Assembly (NCBI GenBank): GCA_045116875.1
Contig: JBGUMP010000018.1
Span: forward strand, 6,807 to 70,806
Reading direction: 5' to 3'
Length of the DNA: 64,000 bases
DNA from: Elusimicrobiaceae bacterium
Lineage (GTDB): Bacteria; Elusimicrobiota; Elusimicrobia; Elusimicrobiales; Elusimicrobiaceae
The stretch's first letter is position 1; each line of letters begins with the position of its first letter. Shown here piece after piece: positions 37,581 through 47,462 of this stretch. A model generated the notes under the pieces. That model was not told the DNA's origin. It made no database searches and saw only the letters and a program-made list of their open reading frames with translations. The position numbers and the translations under genes were made by a program.

Positions 37581-38369
37581 ATGAACATAATTGTATGCAT
37601 TAAACAAGTGCCCGATTCTACTCAAGTAAAAGTGGACCCCAAGACCGGTACTTTAATCCGCGCCGGTGTGCCAAGTATTTTGAATCCGTATGATCATTTT
37701 GCCTTGGAAAAAGCCCTGGAAATTAAAGCCAAAACCGGGGCCAAGGTAACCGTGCTTTCCATGGGCCCCAACCAAGCCATTGCCGTACTGCGTTTGGCAT
37801 TGGCGTTGGGAGCCGACGAAGGAATTTTACTTTCCGACCGTGCTTTTGCCGGGTCCGATACATGGGCCACTTCTTATGCGCTCGCTACCGCTATACGCAA
37901 AATCGGTCAGTATGATTTAATTCTTTGCGGACAAATGGCTATCGACGGAGATACCGCCCAAACCGGGCCGGGTATCGCCCGCCAACTCAATATTCCGCAA
38001 ATTACGTTCTGCACCCACGTGGATGCTAGCGGCAACCAAGTGGTAGTTAAAAAACTCATTGAAGGCGGAAAGCAAGTGTTGCAAGCGGATATGCCGGTAC
38101 TGATTACCATGACTATGCCGGTGGATTACGCGCCGAAGTATCCTTCCTTTATGGCTGCCCATAAAGCGCAAGATAAGCAAACCTATACCTGGACAGCTGC
38201 CGATATCGGGGCCGATTTGCATAAATTAGGGTTGGAAGGTTCGCCCACCCGTGTGGACCGCATCTTCCCGCCGCCGGCACGCCAAAAAGGCGAAATGATT
38301 ACCGGTTCCCCGGCAGAACTGGCCACTAAATTAGTGGAAATTTTGAAAAAGGAGAGTTTTGTAAAATGA
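37581..38369 (+). CDS. etfB: Electron transfer flavoprotein beta subunit
   Basis: VCIKQVPD, NPYD, DRAFAGSDTWAT, IDGDTAQTGP, GSPTRV. Confidence 0.95.
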   Translation: MNIIVCIKQVPDSTQVKVDPKTGTLIRAGVPSILNPYDHFALEKALEIKAKTGAKVTVLSMGPNQAIAVLRLALALGADEGILLSDRAFAGSDTWATSYALATAIRKIGQYDLILCGQMAIDGDTAQTGPGIARQLNIPQITFCTHVDASGNQVVVKKLIEGGKQVLQADMPVLITMTMPVDYAPKYPSFMAAHKAQDKQTYTWTAADIGADLHKLGLEGSPTRVDRIFPPPARQKGEMITGSPAELATKLVEILKKESFVK

Positions 38370-39550
38370 TTCAAATTGCTCAAAGCTGCGTAGGATGCGG
38401 CAAATGTGTATCTACCTGTCCGTTTGGAGCACTCTCCATTGTCAACCGCAAAGCCGTGGCCTCGGCCGCGTGTACGATGTGCGGTGCGTGTGTAAGCGTC
38501 TGCCCGATGAAGGCTCTGTCTTTACCGGCCACGGGCGCTGCCAAAAAAGATTTATCCGCTTATAAAGGTGTGTGGGCGTTTATCGAAATTTCCGATGACG
38601 GACGCACGCAAAAAGTACGTCCGGTGGGCTTTGAGCTCTTATCCAAAGGGCGCGAACTGGCCGACCAGCTGGGCGAAGAACTTTGCGCTGTTATCATTGG
38701 GGATAATGTGCAAAAATATACGGCGGAACTGTCCCAATACGGGGCGGATAAAATCTACGCCGTTAGCGCGCCGGAATATCATACCTATAATACGCTGGCG
38801 TATGCCAACGCTATGATTGCGCTGATTAAAAAGTATAACCCCAGTGTGGTCTTATTCCCTTCTACGTATATCGGGCGTGACTTGTCCCCGCGTATCTCTT
38901 CCGAATTGTTTGTGGGGCTTACCGCGGACTGCACCGGCCTTTCTATTAAAGAAGGCAATTTAATCCAAACCCGCCCGGCCTTTGGCGGTAATATTATGGC
39001 CGATATTAAATGCCCGGACTATCGCCCGCAAATGGCGACGGTTCGCCCCAACGTATTTAAGAAAGTAATTTCTTCTTCCGGCCGTATGGCGCAAGTAGTC
39101 AACGAGGCCATCCCCGTGCCGGTAGAAGCCGGTAAAGTGCGTGTGATTGAAACGCAGATGGACCCGGTAACCAGCGATCAACCGCTTGACGAAGCCCCGG
39201 TAGTAATTGCCGGCGGCCGCGGCATGAAGGACAAAGCAGGTTTTGAATTGTTGGAACAGCTAGCCGCCACCTTAGGGGGGGCGGTAGGTGCTTCCCGCGC
39301 GGCGGTGGATATGGGTTTTAAACCCAAAGAAAAACAAATCGGCCAGTCGGGCGTAACGGTTGCCAGCAAACTCTATATTGCTTGTGGAATTTCCGGCGCG
39401 GTTCAACACGTGGTGGGTATGGAGCACAGCGATGTGATTATCGGCATTAACAAAGACGCAAACGCGCCGATTTTCAATGTGTGCAAATACGCCATGGTGG
39501 GGGACGCCAAGCAAGTGCTTGCCAAAGCGTTAGAGCAACTAAAAAAATAA
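38366..39550 (+). CDS. etfA: Electron transfer flavoprotein alpha subunit with N-terminal 2x[4Fe-4S] ferredoxin domain
   Basis: CVGCGKCVSTCP and CTMCGACVSVCP; GLTADCT, TRPAFGGN, QIGQSG, GISGAVQH. Confidence 0.95.
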   Translation: MIQIAQSCVGCGKCVSTCPFGALSIVNRKAVASAACTMCGACVSVCPMKALSLPATGAAKKDLSAYKGVWAFIEISDDGRTQKVRPVGFELLSKGRELADQLGEELCAVIIGDNVQKYTAELSQYGADKIYAVSAPEYHTYNTLAYANAMIALIKKYNPSVVLFPSTYIGRDLSPRISSELFVGLTADCTGLSIKEGNLIQTRPAFGGNIMADIKCPDYRPQMATVRPNVFKKVISSSGRMAQVVNEAIPVPVEAGKVRVIETQMDPVTSDQPLDEAPVVIAGGRGMKDKAGFELLEQLAATLGGAVGASRAAVDMGFKPKEKQIGQSGVTVASKLYIACGISGAVQHVVGMEHSDVIIGINKDANAPIFNVCKYAMVGDAKQVLAKALEQLKK

Positions 39551-39551
39551 C

Positions 39552-40208
39552 ATGAAAAAATAATCTGCCTCTTGGGCGTACTGGGGTTGTTGGTAGCGTG
39601 TAACAAACCCACGTTGATGCAAGCCGCTCAACAGGGTGACATTGTGGTCGTAAAAAACTTTTAGCGGCCGGCGTGGATGTAAACTCGACAGATTCCTTGG
39701 GAGAAACGGCCCTTGTGGGCTCTTTATTGAATGATCATCCGAAGCTTGTTAAGTTGCTCCTGGAGGCCGGCGCAGACCCTAACGTCCGGGCTGAAGATGG
39801 GGAGCCGGCATTGATATTGGCCGCTATGAACGGGAATAAAGAAGCGGTTGAAACATTGCTGGATTATGGGGTTGATATCAATACACAAATCACACACAAT
39901 TCCCCAAATATTGACGCTATACACGATCAAACTACTGCATTGATTGTAGTAGCGGAAGGCGGATTCTTGGACGTGGTTGAATTGTTATTGAAACGTGGAG
40001 CGGATGTAAATGTGCAAGGCCGGACGGGACTTAGCGCACTTATGGGGCCGCCATATTCGGTCATTACGATGTCGTCAAATTGCTTTTGGAGTATGGGGCA
40101 GATATAAATGCTACGGATGAAGAAGGAGAGACGGCTTTGAGTTGGGCACAACAGGAGGGTCATACCGAAATCGTTGAACTCTTAAAAGCAGCCGGTGCTA
40201 AAGAATAA
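39552..40208 (+). pseudogene. Ankyrin-repeat lipoprotein broken by three single-base homopolymer frameshifts
   Basis: Adding one base to A6 (39555-60), A6 (39652-57) and G4 (about 40044-47) gives MKKIICLLGVLGLLVAC...VKKLLAAGVDVN...LMGAAIFGHYDVVKLLLEYGADINA...LLKAAGAKE*. Confidence 0.8.
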
Positions 40209-40219
40209 AGGAAAAAAAT

Positions 40220-41077
40220 ATGGAAACAATATTAGGCGTAGCAATTTTATTTGCGATAAGTGCGACAATCTACCATTTCAAAAGCAAAACTTTTCTAGGG
40301 GCGGTTAGGTATGGGAATGTGGATGCGGTTAAAAAATTCCTGGCAAATGGGGAAAATGTAAACTGTTTTGATGCAAAAGGGTTTTCGCCTATGATGTATG
40401 CAGCTATGGGGGACCATAATGACGTTATGGAATTACTTTTGGACGCCGGGGCAGAGGTGAACGCTCAAAATCGGGACGGTAATACGGTACTTATGCTTGC
40501 CGCCAAAAAAGGTTGTCCGGGAACGGTGGAATTTCTGTTAAATGCCGGGGCAGATGCGGCTATTACAAATGCAAAAGGCGAGACCGCACTGACATTTGCC
40601 CAAAAGGGCCGATTCCTTTCTCAAAGAAAAGATGGACATAAAGGGGTGATATCACTGCTTCAAAACAGACAAACGCGGCCCGCTATCAATAAGCGGAAAA
40701 ACTCCCTTCTTATAAAGGCGGTCATGGAGGGTGATTGCAAAGAAGTTCACTCCCTTTTGAAAGCCGGGGTGGACCCTAATGCCCGTGATGAAGATGGCGA
40801 AACGGCCTTGATATGGGCAGCAACTACAGATGATGTGGAAGTGGCAAAATTGCTTTTGGATTTTGGGGCGGATATCAAAGCCACAGGTGAAGATGAAGAA
40901 ACGGCATTCCAGCGTGCGTGTGAAACGAATAGTGTGAAAGTTGCAAAATTACTTTTAGCGGCCGGTGTAAATGTAAATGCCACGGGCAAAAAAGGTCAAA
41001 CCGCCTTGCAGCTTGCACGAGAAAACGGGAATAAAGAAATTATTGCGCTCTTAAAAGCAGCCGGCGCTAAAAAGTAA
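40220..41077 (+). CDS. Ankyrin-repeat protein with N-terminal membrane anchor
   Basis: Repeated GxTALxxAA...LLxAGAxVNA units. Confidence 0.9.
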   Translation: METILGVAILFAISATIYHFKSKTFLGAVRYGNVDAVKKFLANGENVNCFDAKGFSPMMYAAMGDHNDVMELLLDAGAEVNAQNRDGNTVLMLAAKKGCPGTVEFLLNAGADAAITNAKGETALTFAQKGRFLSQRKDGHKGVISLLQNRQTRPAINKRKNSLLIKAVMEGDCKEVHSLLKAGVDPNARDEDGETALIWAATTDDVEVAKLLLDFGADIKATGEDEETAFQRACETNSVKVAKLLLAAGVNVNATGKKGQTALQLARENGNKEIIALLKAAGAKK

Positions 41078-41086
41078 AGGAAAAAT

Positions 41087-41989
41087 ATGGAAGAAAAAAT
41101 TGTCTCTTGGGTGTTTTTAGGTGTCGGACTGCTATGCTTTGTGATGGCCTTTGTAAATTTATACAGCGATATTGTATTTTTTAAAAAAGCCATTGCGGTT
41201 CCCGGTGTGGTGGTGCGTTACGATCAAGAAAATAATGGCGAAGAGGTGATTTCTTATTCTTTTGACGGAGAAGAGCGGAAAGTAACTATCAAGGCCCCCA
41301 GCAACAAACCGCTGGAGGGGGATATCGGCAAAGTATATAAGGTGCTTGTCAATCCGGACAATACTAAAGACACACGCGTGCAATCTTTCGGAAAGACCCT
41401 GTTGGGTTTTTTCATATTGTTGATGGTGAGCGCGTTTTTTCTGCTGTTCTTCTGCATTTTCTCACCATATGCCCACAAATTGTTTGCTGCGTTGTTGTCC
41501 CGTCATCCAATCAATGTTGACCAAGCGGCCGTTTTTGCAATTTCAAACCCGGGGCTTGCGCGTTGGTTGATAAAGGGTGTTTACGCGGCAACGATGCTGG
41601 CTGTGTTTGCGATACCGATGGCTTTACTAGGGGGCGGTTCGTGGTTGTTGTATAGACATGTAACATTTTTTAAGGAAGCCGTTATGGTTACGGGCACCAT
41701 TGTAGATTACAACACCTATGTAGACCGTAGCAAGAAAGAGGACGGCCGCAAAAGATCAACTGTTATGTACACGCCTGTAGTTGCTTATACCTTTAATGGG
41801 GAAAAACATACCATCATAAGCAGCTGGGCCTCGTCAAAAACGCCCGCAGATAAGGATTGCCAAGTAGGCGTAAATCCACAAAACCCCTGGGAGGCACGCA
41901 TTTATTCTAAGGTGGATCTTTTCCTGGCAATAGGGCTGCTCTGCGGCGGTTTGCTTCTACTTGTGCTTGTGTTTAAGCTTTTTCTCTAA
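41087..41989 (+). CDS. Membrane protein with two DUF3592-like units
   Basis: Two TM-[FFKxAxxVxGxxVxY...YxFxGE...VxVNPxNxxxxR]-TM units. Confidence 0.65.
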   Translation: MEEKIVSWVFLGVGLLCFVMAFVNLYSDIVFFKKAIAVPGVVVRYDQENNGEEVISYSFDGEERKVTIKAPSNKPLEGDIGKVYKVLVNPDNTKDTRVQSFGKTLLGFFILLMVSAFFLLFFCIFSPYAHKLFAALLSRHPINVDQAAVFAISNPGLARWLIKGVYAATMLAVFAIPMALLGGGSWLLYRHVTFFKEAVMVTGTIVDYNTYVDRSKKEDGRKRSTVMYTPVVAYTFNGEKHTIISSWASSKTPADKDCQVGVNPQNPWEARIYSKVDLFLAIGLLCGGLLLLVLVFKLFL

Positions 41990-42141
41990 CAAGCGGCTAA
42001 TCTGTGGCAGAGGCGGCTAGATGAGTCGTGCTTCTGTCGTTTGCCAGCCCGATAATTTCCCACACAGCCCGCCTAAAAAGTGGTAAAATATAAGAGTCTT
42101 TTTGGGGCCATAGCCCTACTTATTATATATTATGGGAGGAT

Positions 42142-43095
42142 ATGTTTATGCCTATTTGGATTTTTCGTATCTGCACCCTGGTAGCTTTTCCTTTTATAAC
42201 CTATACCTATTTGGGTGAGACGTGGAATAGTTTCTGGGGAGGCCTGTTGTGCGGCGCTTTAGTAGTGGCGGGGGAAGTACTCTTCAAACGCATGCGCCTG
42301 ATCAAAATTATGATTGGCTGCACCGGGGTCATAATCGGGCTGATGCTTTACACCTTAATTGGGTACGCCATGCAAAACTTTTTTGATGGCGCAGATGTGC
42401 ACGTTTGGCAACAATACAACCATTATATTTTGATTGGATTTGTTGTGTTTGGTTTATTGGCGGCGCTTTTTAAATCGCGCGATTTGGAAGGCCTTTCTTA
42501 CACCGGCCATCACTTAAAAGTGGTGGATCTTTCTGCGCTTATCGACGGGCGCATTGTAGATTTGTGCGAAATTAATTTTCTTTCCGGTGTACTTGTCATC
42601 CCGATATTTGTGGTAGATGAACTGAACCGGATGGCCCGTGCAAAAGATAAGCTGGAACAAGCCAAAGGACGCCGCGGATTAGATGTGGCAACCCGATTGC
42701 AGGAGCTTACAGAAATTGAAGTGCGCTTTTCTTCCAGAACTCCTAAAGCTCCCACCGTGCCGGAACAAATTGTCAAGTTGGCCCGCAGTTTGGATGCGGA
42801 AATTGTCACGTTGGATTTCACCATTAATAAATTGGCCGCGCTTAAAAAAGTAATTCCGCTTAACATAGCCGATTTGGCCACCGCGCTTAAACCGGTTGTA
42901 TTACCCGGGGAAACCATGTCTTTATTTGTCATGAAAGATGGGAAAGAAAAAGAACAGGGCATCGGTTACTTGGATGACGGTACCATGGTGGTAGTGGAAG
43001 AAGGACGCAAGCACATCGGCAAACGCGTTGAAGTGTTGGTGTCCTCTATCTATCAAACTTCTTCGGGCCGTATGATTTTTGCCAAAGTGAAATAA
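42142..43095 (+). CDS. Membrane PIN/TRAM domain protein (YacL-like)
   Basis: VDLSALIDGRI, KGRRGLD, QGIGYLDDGTMVVVE, QTSSGRMIFAK; upstream of ispDF. Confidence 0.92.
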   Translation: MFMPIWIFRICTLVAFPFITYTYLGETWNSFWGGLLCGALVVAGEVLFKRMRLIKIMIGCTGVIIGLMLYTLIGYAMQNFFDGADVHVWQQYNHYILIGFVVFGLLAALFKSRDLEGLSYTGHHLKVVDLSALIDGRIVDLCEINFLSGVLVIPIFVVDELNRMARAKDKLEQAKGRRGLDVATRLQELTEIEVRFSSRTPKAPTVPEQIVKLARSLDAEIVTLDFTINKLAALKKVIPLNIADLATALKPVVLPGETMSLFVMKDGKEKEQGIGYLDDGTMVVVEEGRKHIGKRVEVLVSSIYQTSSGRMIFAKVK

Positions 43096-43096
43096 T

Positions 43097-44242
43097 ATGC
43101 AAGACGCGTTTTCTGCCTCAGTGGTTATTGTAGCGGGGGGGACCGGCAGCCGGATGGGTCGCCCAAAACAGCTACTGCCTATCGGTGGAAAACCCGTTGT
43201 GGTGCGCAGTATTTTGGCGTTTAAGCAGTGCCCTAACGTACAAGAAATTATTGTGGTTACGCCCCCGCAAAACCGCGCAATCATCGAGCAATTCGTAACG
43301 GGGGTTACGTTTGCAGACCCGGGGCCGACCCGCCTGGCTTCTGTACAACAAGGCGTAGCCCAAGTAAGTAGCCGTGCAGATGTGATTGCCGTGCACGACG
43401 GGGCGCGCCCGTTTGTGAACCCACTACATATCGAACAGGCCTTGCGCGTTGCTTACCAAAAAGGGGCTGCGGTGTTGGCGGTGGCGGTGAAAGATACCGT
43501 TAAGCAAGTGGAACAGCAAACCGTCATGCACACCTTGGACCGAACGCAACTTTGGGCGGCCCAAACTCCGCAATGTTATCAACGCTGCATACTGTTGGAA
43601 GCTCTGGAAAAGTGGGGCGGGCAAAAGGACGCGACGGATGAATCCCAATTAGTAGAAAAGATGGGCGTGCCGGTGCAAATTGTTCCGTCCGATTACACCA
43701 ATTTCAAAATTACCACGCCGGAAGATTTAATTTTTGCGGAGGCACTTGTGAACGAAGCTTGTTACTACAGAACAGGATTTGGTTTTGATTTGCACCAACT
43801 GGGGCCGGACCGAAAATTTATTGTAGGCGGGGTAGAGATCCCGTATGAAAAAGGATTTGTAGGCCATAGTGACGGGGATTTGGTTCTCCACGCATTATGT
43901 GATGCCATTTTAGGGGCGTTGTGTGCGGGCGAAATCGGCATTTTGTTCCCGCCAACAGATCCCACCATTAAGGGAATTGATAGTAAAAAAATTGCAAAAA
44001 AAGTCCTGCAAATCGTGCGCGAAAAGAATGCCGAAATCGTACACGTCGATGCTACCCTTATCACGCAGGCACCCAAAATTAAACCTCATTATGAGGCAGT
44101 GCGGGCTTCTTTGGCGGATATTTTTGAAATGCCTATTGAGCAGGTTAGTTTTAAATCCAAAAGCCACGAGCATGTAGGCGAAATCGGCCGTGCAGAGGCG
44201 GCCATGTGCCAGGCGGTGGCTACGGTAAAAGTGAGGAATTGA
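43097..44242 (+). CDS. ispDF: Bifunctional IspD/IspF
   Basis: AGGTGSRMG, VHDGARP, QTPQ, KITTPED; GFDLH, GHSDGDLVLHALCDA, APKIKPH. Confidence 0.95.
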   Translation: MQDAFSASVVIVAGGTGSRMGRPKQLLPIGGKPVVVRSILAFKQCPNVQEIIVVTPPQNRAIIEQFVTGVTFADPGPTRLASVQQGVAQVSSRADVIAVHDGARPFVNPLHIEQALRVAYQKGAAVLAVAVKDTVKQVEQQTVMHTLDRTQLWAAQTPQCYQRCILLEALEKWGGQKDATDESQLVEKMGVPVQIVPSDYTNFKITTPEDLIFAEALVNEACYYRTGFGFDLHQLGPDRKFIVGGVEIPYEKGFVGHSDGDLVLHALCDAILGALCAGEIGILFPPTDPTIKGIDSKKIAKKVLQIVREKNAEIVHVDATLITQAPKIKPHYEAVRASLADIFEMPIEQVSFKSKSHEHVGEIGRAEAAMCQAVATVKVRN

Positions 44243-44246
44243 CACC

Positions 44247-44825
44247 ATGAAAATACGTACTTTTTTAATGTTATTGACAGGCCTTGTGCTAGCGGGCTGT
44301 ACCGCCTTGCAGACACCCTCTAGGCGGGATGTTTCCACAACGACGGATTTTGCCCATCCGGATGCCAACCATGCTTATTATGAATTTACTTCTTCTCCGC
44401 TGGATCGCCCTTCTGTATTGGATGAAAGACAGCCGGTCATTGTGGAACAACCCACCACCCGGGAAGTTGGCTTGGATGAAGATTTTACCGCTGAAAATAT
44501 CGAAAGCGCCTACAGTACATATGGGGATGTGGTGGTGTCTGTGGCTTCACACAAATTTAAACTGGGTGAAAATGCCGGGCGCAAAGAGATGAAGGCATTT
44601 CAGTCCGCGCTTGATTATGCTTATTCTGTGGCACTTCAGCAGTACCGCCCTACAGGTTTTACGTATGCCATGAGCAGCGTAGGGGCCGTCAATCCACTGT
44701 CGGATATTGAAGTTTCTTGCAAGTTGAGTGAGCGCTCCGCCAACCAAGTAGGCCAAGCTACCTGTTCTACCTTATTTAACACCGTAACTAAGCGTTATTC
44801 CCAATTACTTAAAGGGGCGAATTAA
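44247..44825 (+). CDS. Hypothetical lipoprotein
   Basis: Lipobox LAGC; tightly coupled to ispDF and cysS. Confidence 0.75.
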   Translation: MKIRTFLMLLTGLVLAGCTALQTPSRRDVSTTTDFAHPDANHAYYEFTSSPLDRPSVLDERQPVIVEQPTTREVGLDEDFTAENIESAYSTYGDVVVSVASHKFKLGENAGRKEMKAFQSALDYAYSVALQQYRPTGFTYAMSSVGAVNPLSDIEVSCKLSERSANQVGQATCSTLFNTVTKRYSQLLKGAN

Positions 44826-46222
44826 TGATGCAATTGTACAATACCGCCTCGCACCGCAAGGAAACATTCACCCCGCAAGACGTCAAGCAAGTAACCATGT
44901 ATTGCTGTGGGCCAACAGTGTACAATTATGCGCATATCGGCAACCTGCGTACGTATATTTTTGAAGATTTGCTGGCGCGTACCATCCGCTTGCAGTATCC
45001 CTTAAAACACGTGATGAACGTTACCGACGTGGGCCACCTGGTTTCCGATGCTGATGACGGCGAAGACAAAATGGAATTGGGCGCGGCGCGCGAGGGAAAA
45101 AGCGCCTGGGATATTGCTAAATTTTATGAAGAAAAATTTTGGCAGGATTACGATGCCTTGCACTGCACCCGCCCTACCGTTATTAGCCGCGCGACGGCGC
45201 ATATCCAAGAAATGATTGCGCTGGTAAAAACCTTGGAAGAAAAGGGCTACACTTACCGCACCAGCGACGGGATTTATTACGATACTTCCAAATTCCCGCG
45301 TTATGATGCCCTGGTGGGCCATGCACATATTTCCGGTTTGCAAGGTGGGGCGCGTGTGGAAATGAGCGACGAAAAACGCAACCCGACCGATTTCGCGTTG
45401 TGGAAATTTTCCCCCAAAGACAAAAAACGCCAAATGGAATGGGATAGCCCGTGGGGAGTCGGTTTTCCGGGGTGGCACATTGAATGTTCCGCTATGGCCA
45501 TGAAATACTTGGGCCACACGCTCGATATTCATTGCGGTGGCATTGACCACGTAACCATTCACCACACCAACGAAATTGCCCAGAGCGAAGCCGCCACCGG
45601 GCAAAAATATGTCAATTACTGGGTCCATGGCGAATTTTTAATTTTACGCTCCGGCAAAATGAGCAAATCCGGCGGCACATTTGTTACCGTAGATGTACTC
45701 AAAGAAAAAGGATATGAGCCGCTGGCGTACCGCTATTTATGCTTGGGCGCACATTACCGCACTCAGCTTGAGTTTTCCTACGATAGTATGGATAGCGCTA
45801 CCAAAAGCTTAAAAAACTTACGCACGCAAGCGTGTGCCTATTTAAAAGAAGCCGGGCAAAACGTAGCAGAAACACAAAATTCCCGTGCGTGGAAGGATAA
45901 ATTCACCGCGGCCATGCAAGATGACCTCAATGCGCCTAAAGCACTGGCCGTTACGTGGGAGGCCTTAAAATCGGGCTTAACGTCGGCGGAAAAGGTGGAC
46001 TTTTTGCGCTTTGCCGATTCTATCTTGGCCATTGATATATTCAAAGAACCCGTAGAAGAAAAGGTGGAAATTCCGGCAGAGGTTTCGGCGTTACTGGAAC
46101 AGCGTAAATCCGCCCGTGCGGCCAAAGATTGGGCTAAGTCTGACGAGCTTCGAAACGCGATTGCGGCGGCCGGATATGTAGTAAAAGATACACCGCAAGG
46201 CCAAACCATAGAAAAGAAATAA
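44825..46222 (+). CDS. cysS: Cysteine--tRNA ligase
   Basis: CGPTVY, HIGN, PGWHIECS, KMSKS. Confidence 0.97.
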   Translation: MMQLYNTASHRKETFTPQDVKQVTMYCCGPTVYNYAHIGNLRTYIFEDLLARTIRLQYPLKHVMNVTDVGHLVSDADDGEDKMELGAAREGKSAWDIAKFYEEKFWQDYDALHCTRPTVISRATAHIQEMIALVKTLEEKGYTYRTSDGIYYDTSKFPRYDALVGHAHISGLQGGARVEMSDEKRNPTDFALWKFSPKDKKRQMEWDSPWGVGFPGWHIECSAMAMKYLGHTLDIHCGGIDHVTIHHTNEIAQSEAATGQKYVNYWVHGEFLILRSGKMSKSGGTFVTVDVLKEKGYEPLAYRYLCLGAHYRTQLEFSYDSMDSATKSLKNLRTQACAYLKEAGQNVAETQNSRAWKDKFTAAMQDDLNAPKALAVTWEALKSGLTSAEKVDFLRFADSILAIDIFKEPVEEKVEIPAEVSALLEQRKSARAAKDWAKSDELRNAIAAAGYVVKDTPQGQTIEKK

Positions 46223-46251
46223 TATGCATTGAAATATTAAAGGAGAAAAAC

Positions 46252-47322
46252 ATGAAGAAAAACTGTACGTGTAAATGCGTTGTAGAGTTGGTATTAGCGT
46301 TGGGACTTTTGTCCGCGTGTAACTCGTTGTCTTTTCACAAAAGCAATCCATCAACCGCGAAAACCTTTTGCGACGGGGGAACATGTGTAGAATTGACTTA
46401 TGATAAGAGTAATCACCTGATTGCAAAAAAAGTATGCAGCGGCGACAAGGTTGATAATGATGAAAAAAGTTGTGCCAAATATGAGCACATCTTTGAATAT
46501 GCCTACGATTCAAAGGGTCGTAAAATTTTGGAAAAGGCATGTTGGAAGGAAGATGTGAGTGCCGATGGGAAAAGTTGTGCCCGATATGGGAAAATAGTAG
46601 AGGAATCTTATGATGCATCGGGGCACCGCACGTTAGAAAAGTTTTGCGAAATAGGGTCAGGGAGCGAAGATGGCATTCATTGCGGCCGGTATGAGGCTGT
46701 CACTATATATACCTACAACGCTGCCGGGAAACCTACCTCCGAAACTGGCTGCTCTGGCGATGGCATAAAAGCCGATGGCACCGGTTGTGACAAGTATGCA
46801 ATAATGAGTTCAGTTGTCTACAATGAAAAGGGAGATAAAGGAATTGCTAGAGTCTGTTCCAGGGAAGACATAGATTCCGATGGCAAGCATTGTACAAAAT
46901 ATCAAGGTATTATTGAATACATCTATGATGGGCAGGACCATGTAACTTCCACGAAGATGTGCCATGGTGAAAATATAGGTAAGAACGGGGAGAGTTGTGC
47001 CAAATATGATGGTATTGACGAAACCACCTATGATGCACAAGGTCGTGTAACATCTATGAAAAATTGTACAGGTAAAGCCATTAGCGCTGACGGTCAGCAA
47101 TGTGAAACATACAACCGAATGTTTGAATATGAAGAAGACGCCGAGAAAAATTGGGTGACAAAAATGTGTGTTGCGTCGGCAAATGGGAAAACTTGTGACG
47201 CTTATGCACCTGTCATGTTAGAACGTAACCTAACGGGCACAAAAGATATGAATGTATATTCAAAGTATGCCGTAGACTTTTCCAGTGGGGAGTGGACATT
47301 CCTGGGAATTCAAGTGAAATAG
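46252..47322 (+). CDS. Cys-rich lipoprotein with seven 35-aa YD-like repeats plus one degenerate repeat
   Basis: Lipobox LSAC; consensus Y[DN]xxG-x7-C-x11-CxxY. Confidence 0.8.
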   Translation: MKKNCTCKCVVELVLALGLLSACNSLSFHKSNPSTAKTFCDGGTCVELTYDKSNHLIAKKVCSGDKVDNDEKSCAKYEHIFEYAYDSKGRKILEKACWKEDVSADGKSCARYGKIVEESYDASGHRTLEKFCEIGSGSEDGIHCGRYEAVTIYTYNAAGKPTSETGCSGDGIKADGTGCDKYAIMSSVVYNEKGDKGIARVCSREDIDSDGKHCTKYQGIIEYIYDGQDHVTSTKMCHGENIGKNGESCAKYDGIDETTYDAQGRVTSMKNCTGKAISADGQQCETYNRMFEYEEDAEKNWVTKMCVASANGKTCDAYAPVMLERNLTGTKDMNVYSKYAVDFSSGEWTFLGIQVK

Positions 47323-47355
47323 TAAATCAGATAAGAAGACTAAATGATGTATTTG

Positions 47356-47389
47356 CCCGCCCGTAGAATTGCTACGGGCGGGGATTTTT
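47356..47389 (+). terminator. Intrinsic terminator
   Basis: cccgcccgtag-aattg-ctacgggcggg followed by T run. Confidence 0.75.
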
Positions 47390-47462
47390 AGTTAGGTCAG
47401 AACTTGGATTTTTCCAATTTATTCTTATACTGTTAATATATGTTAGTGTGAGGGATAAGTTT

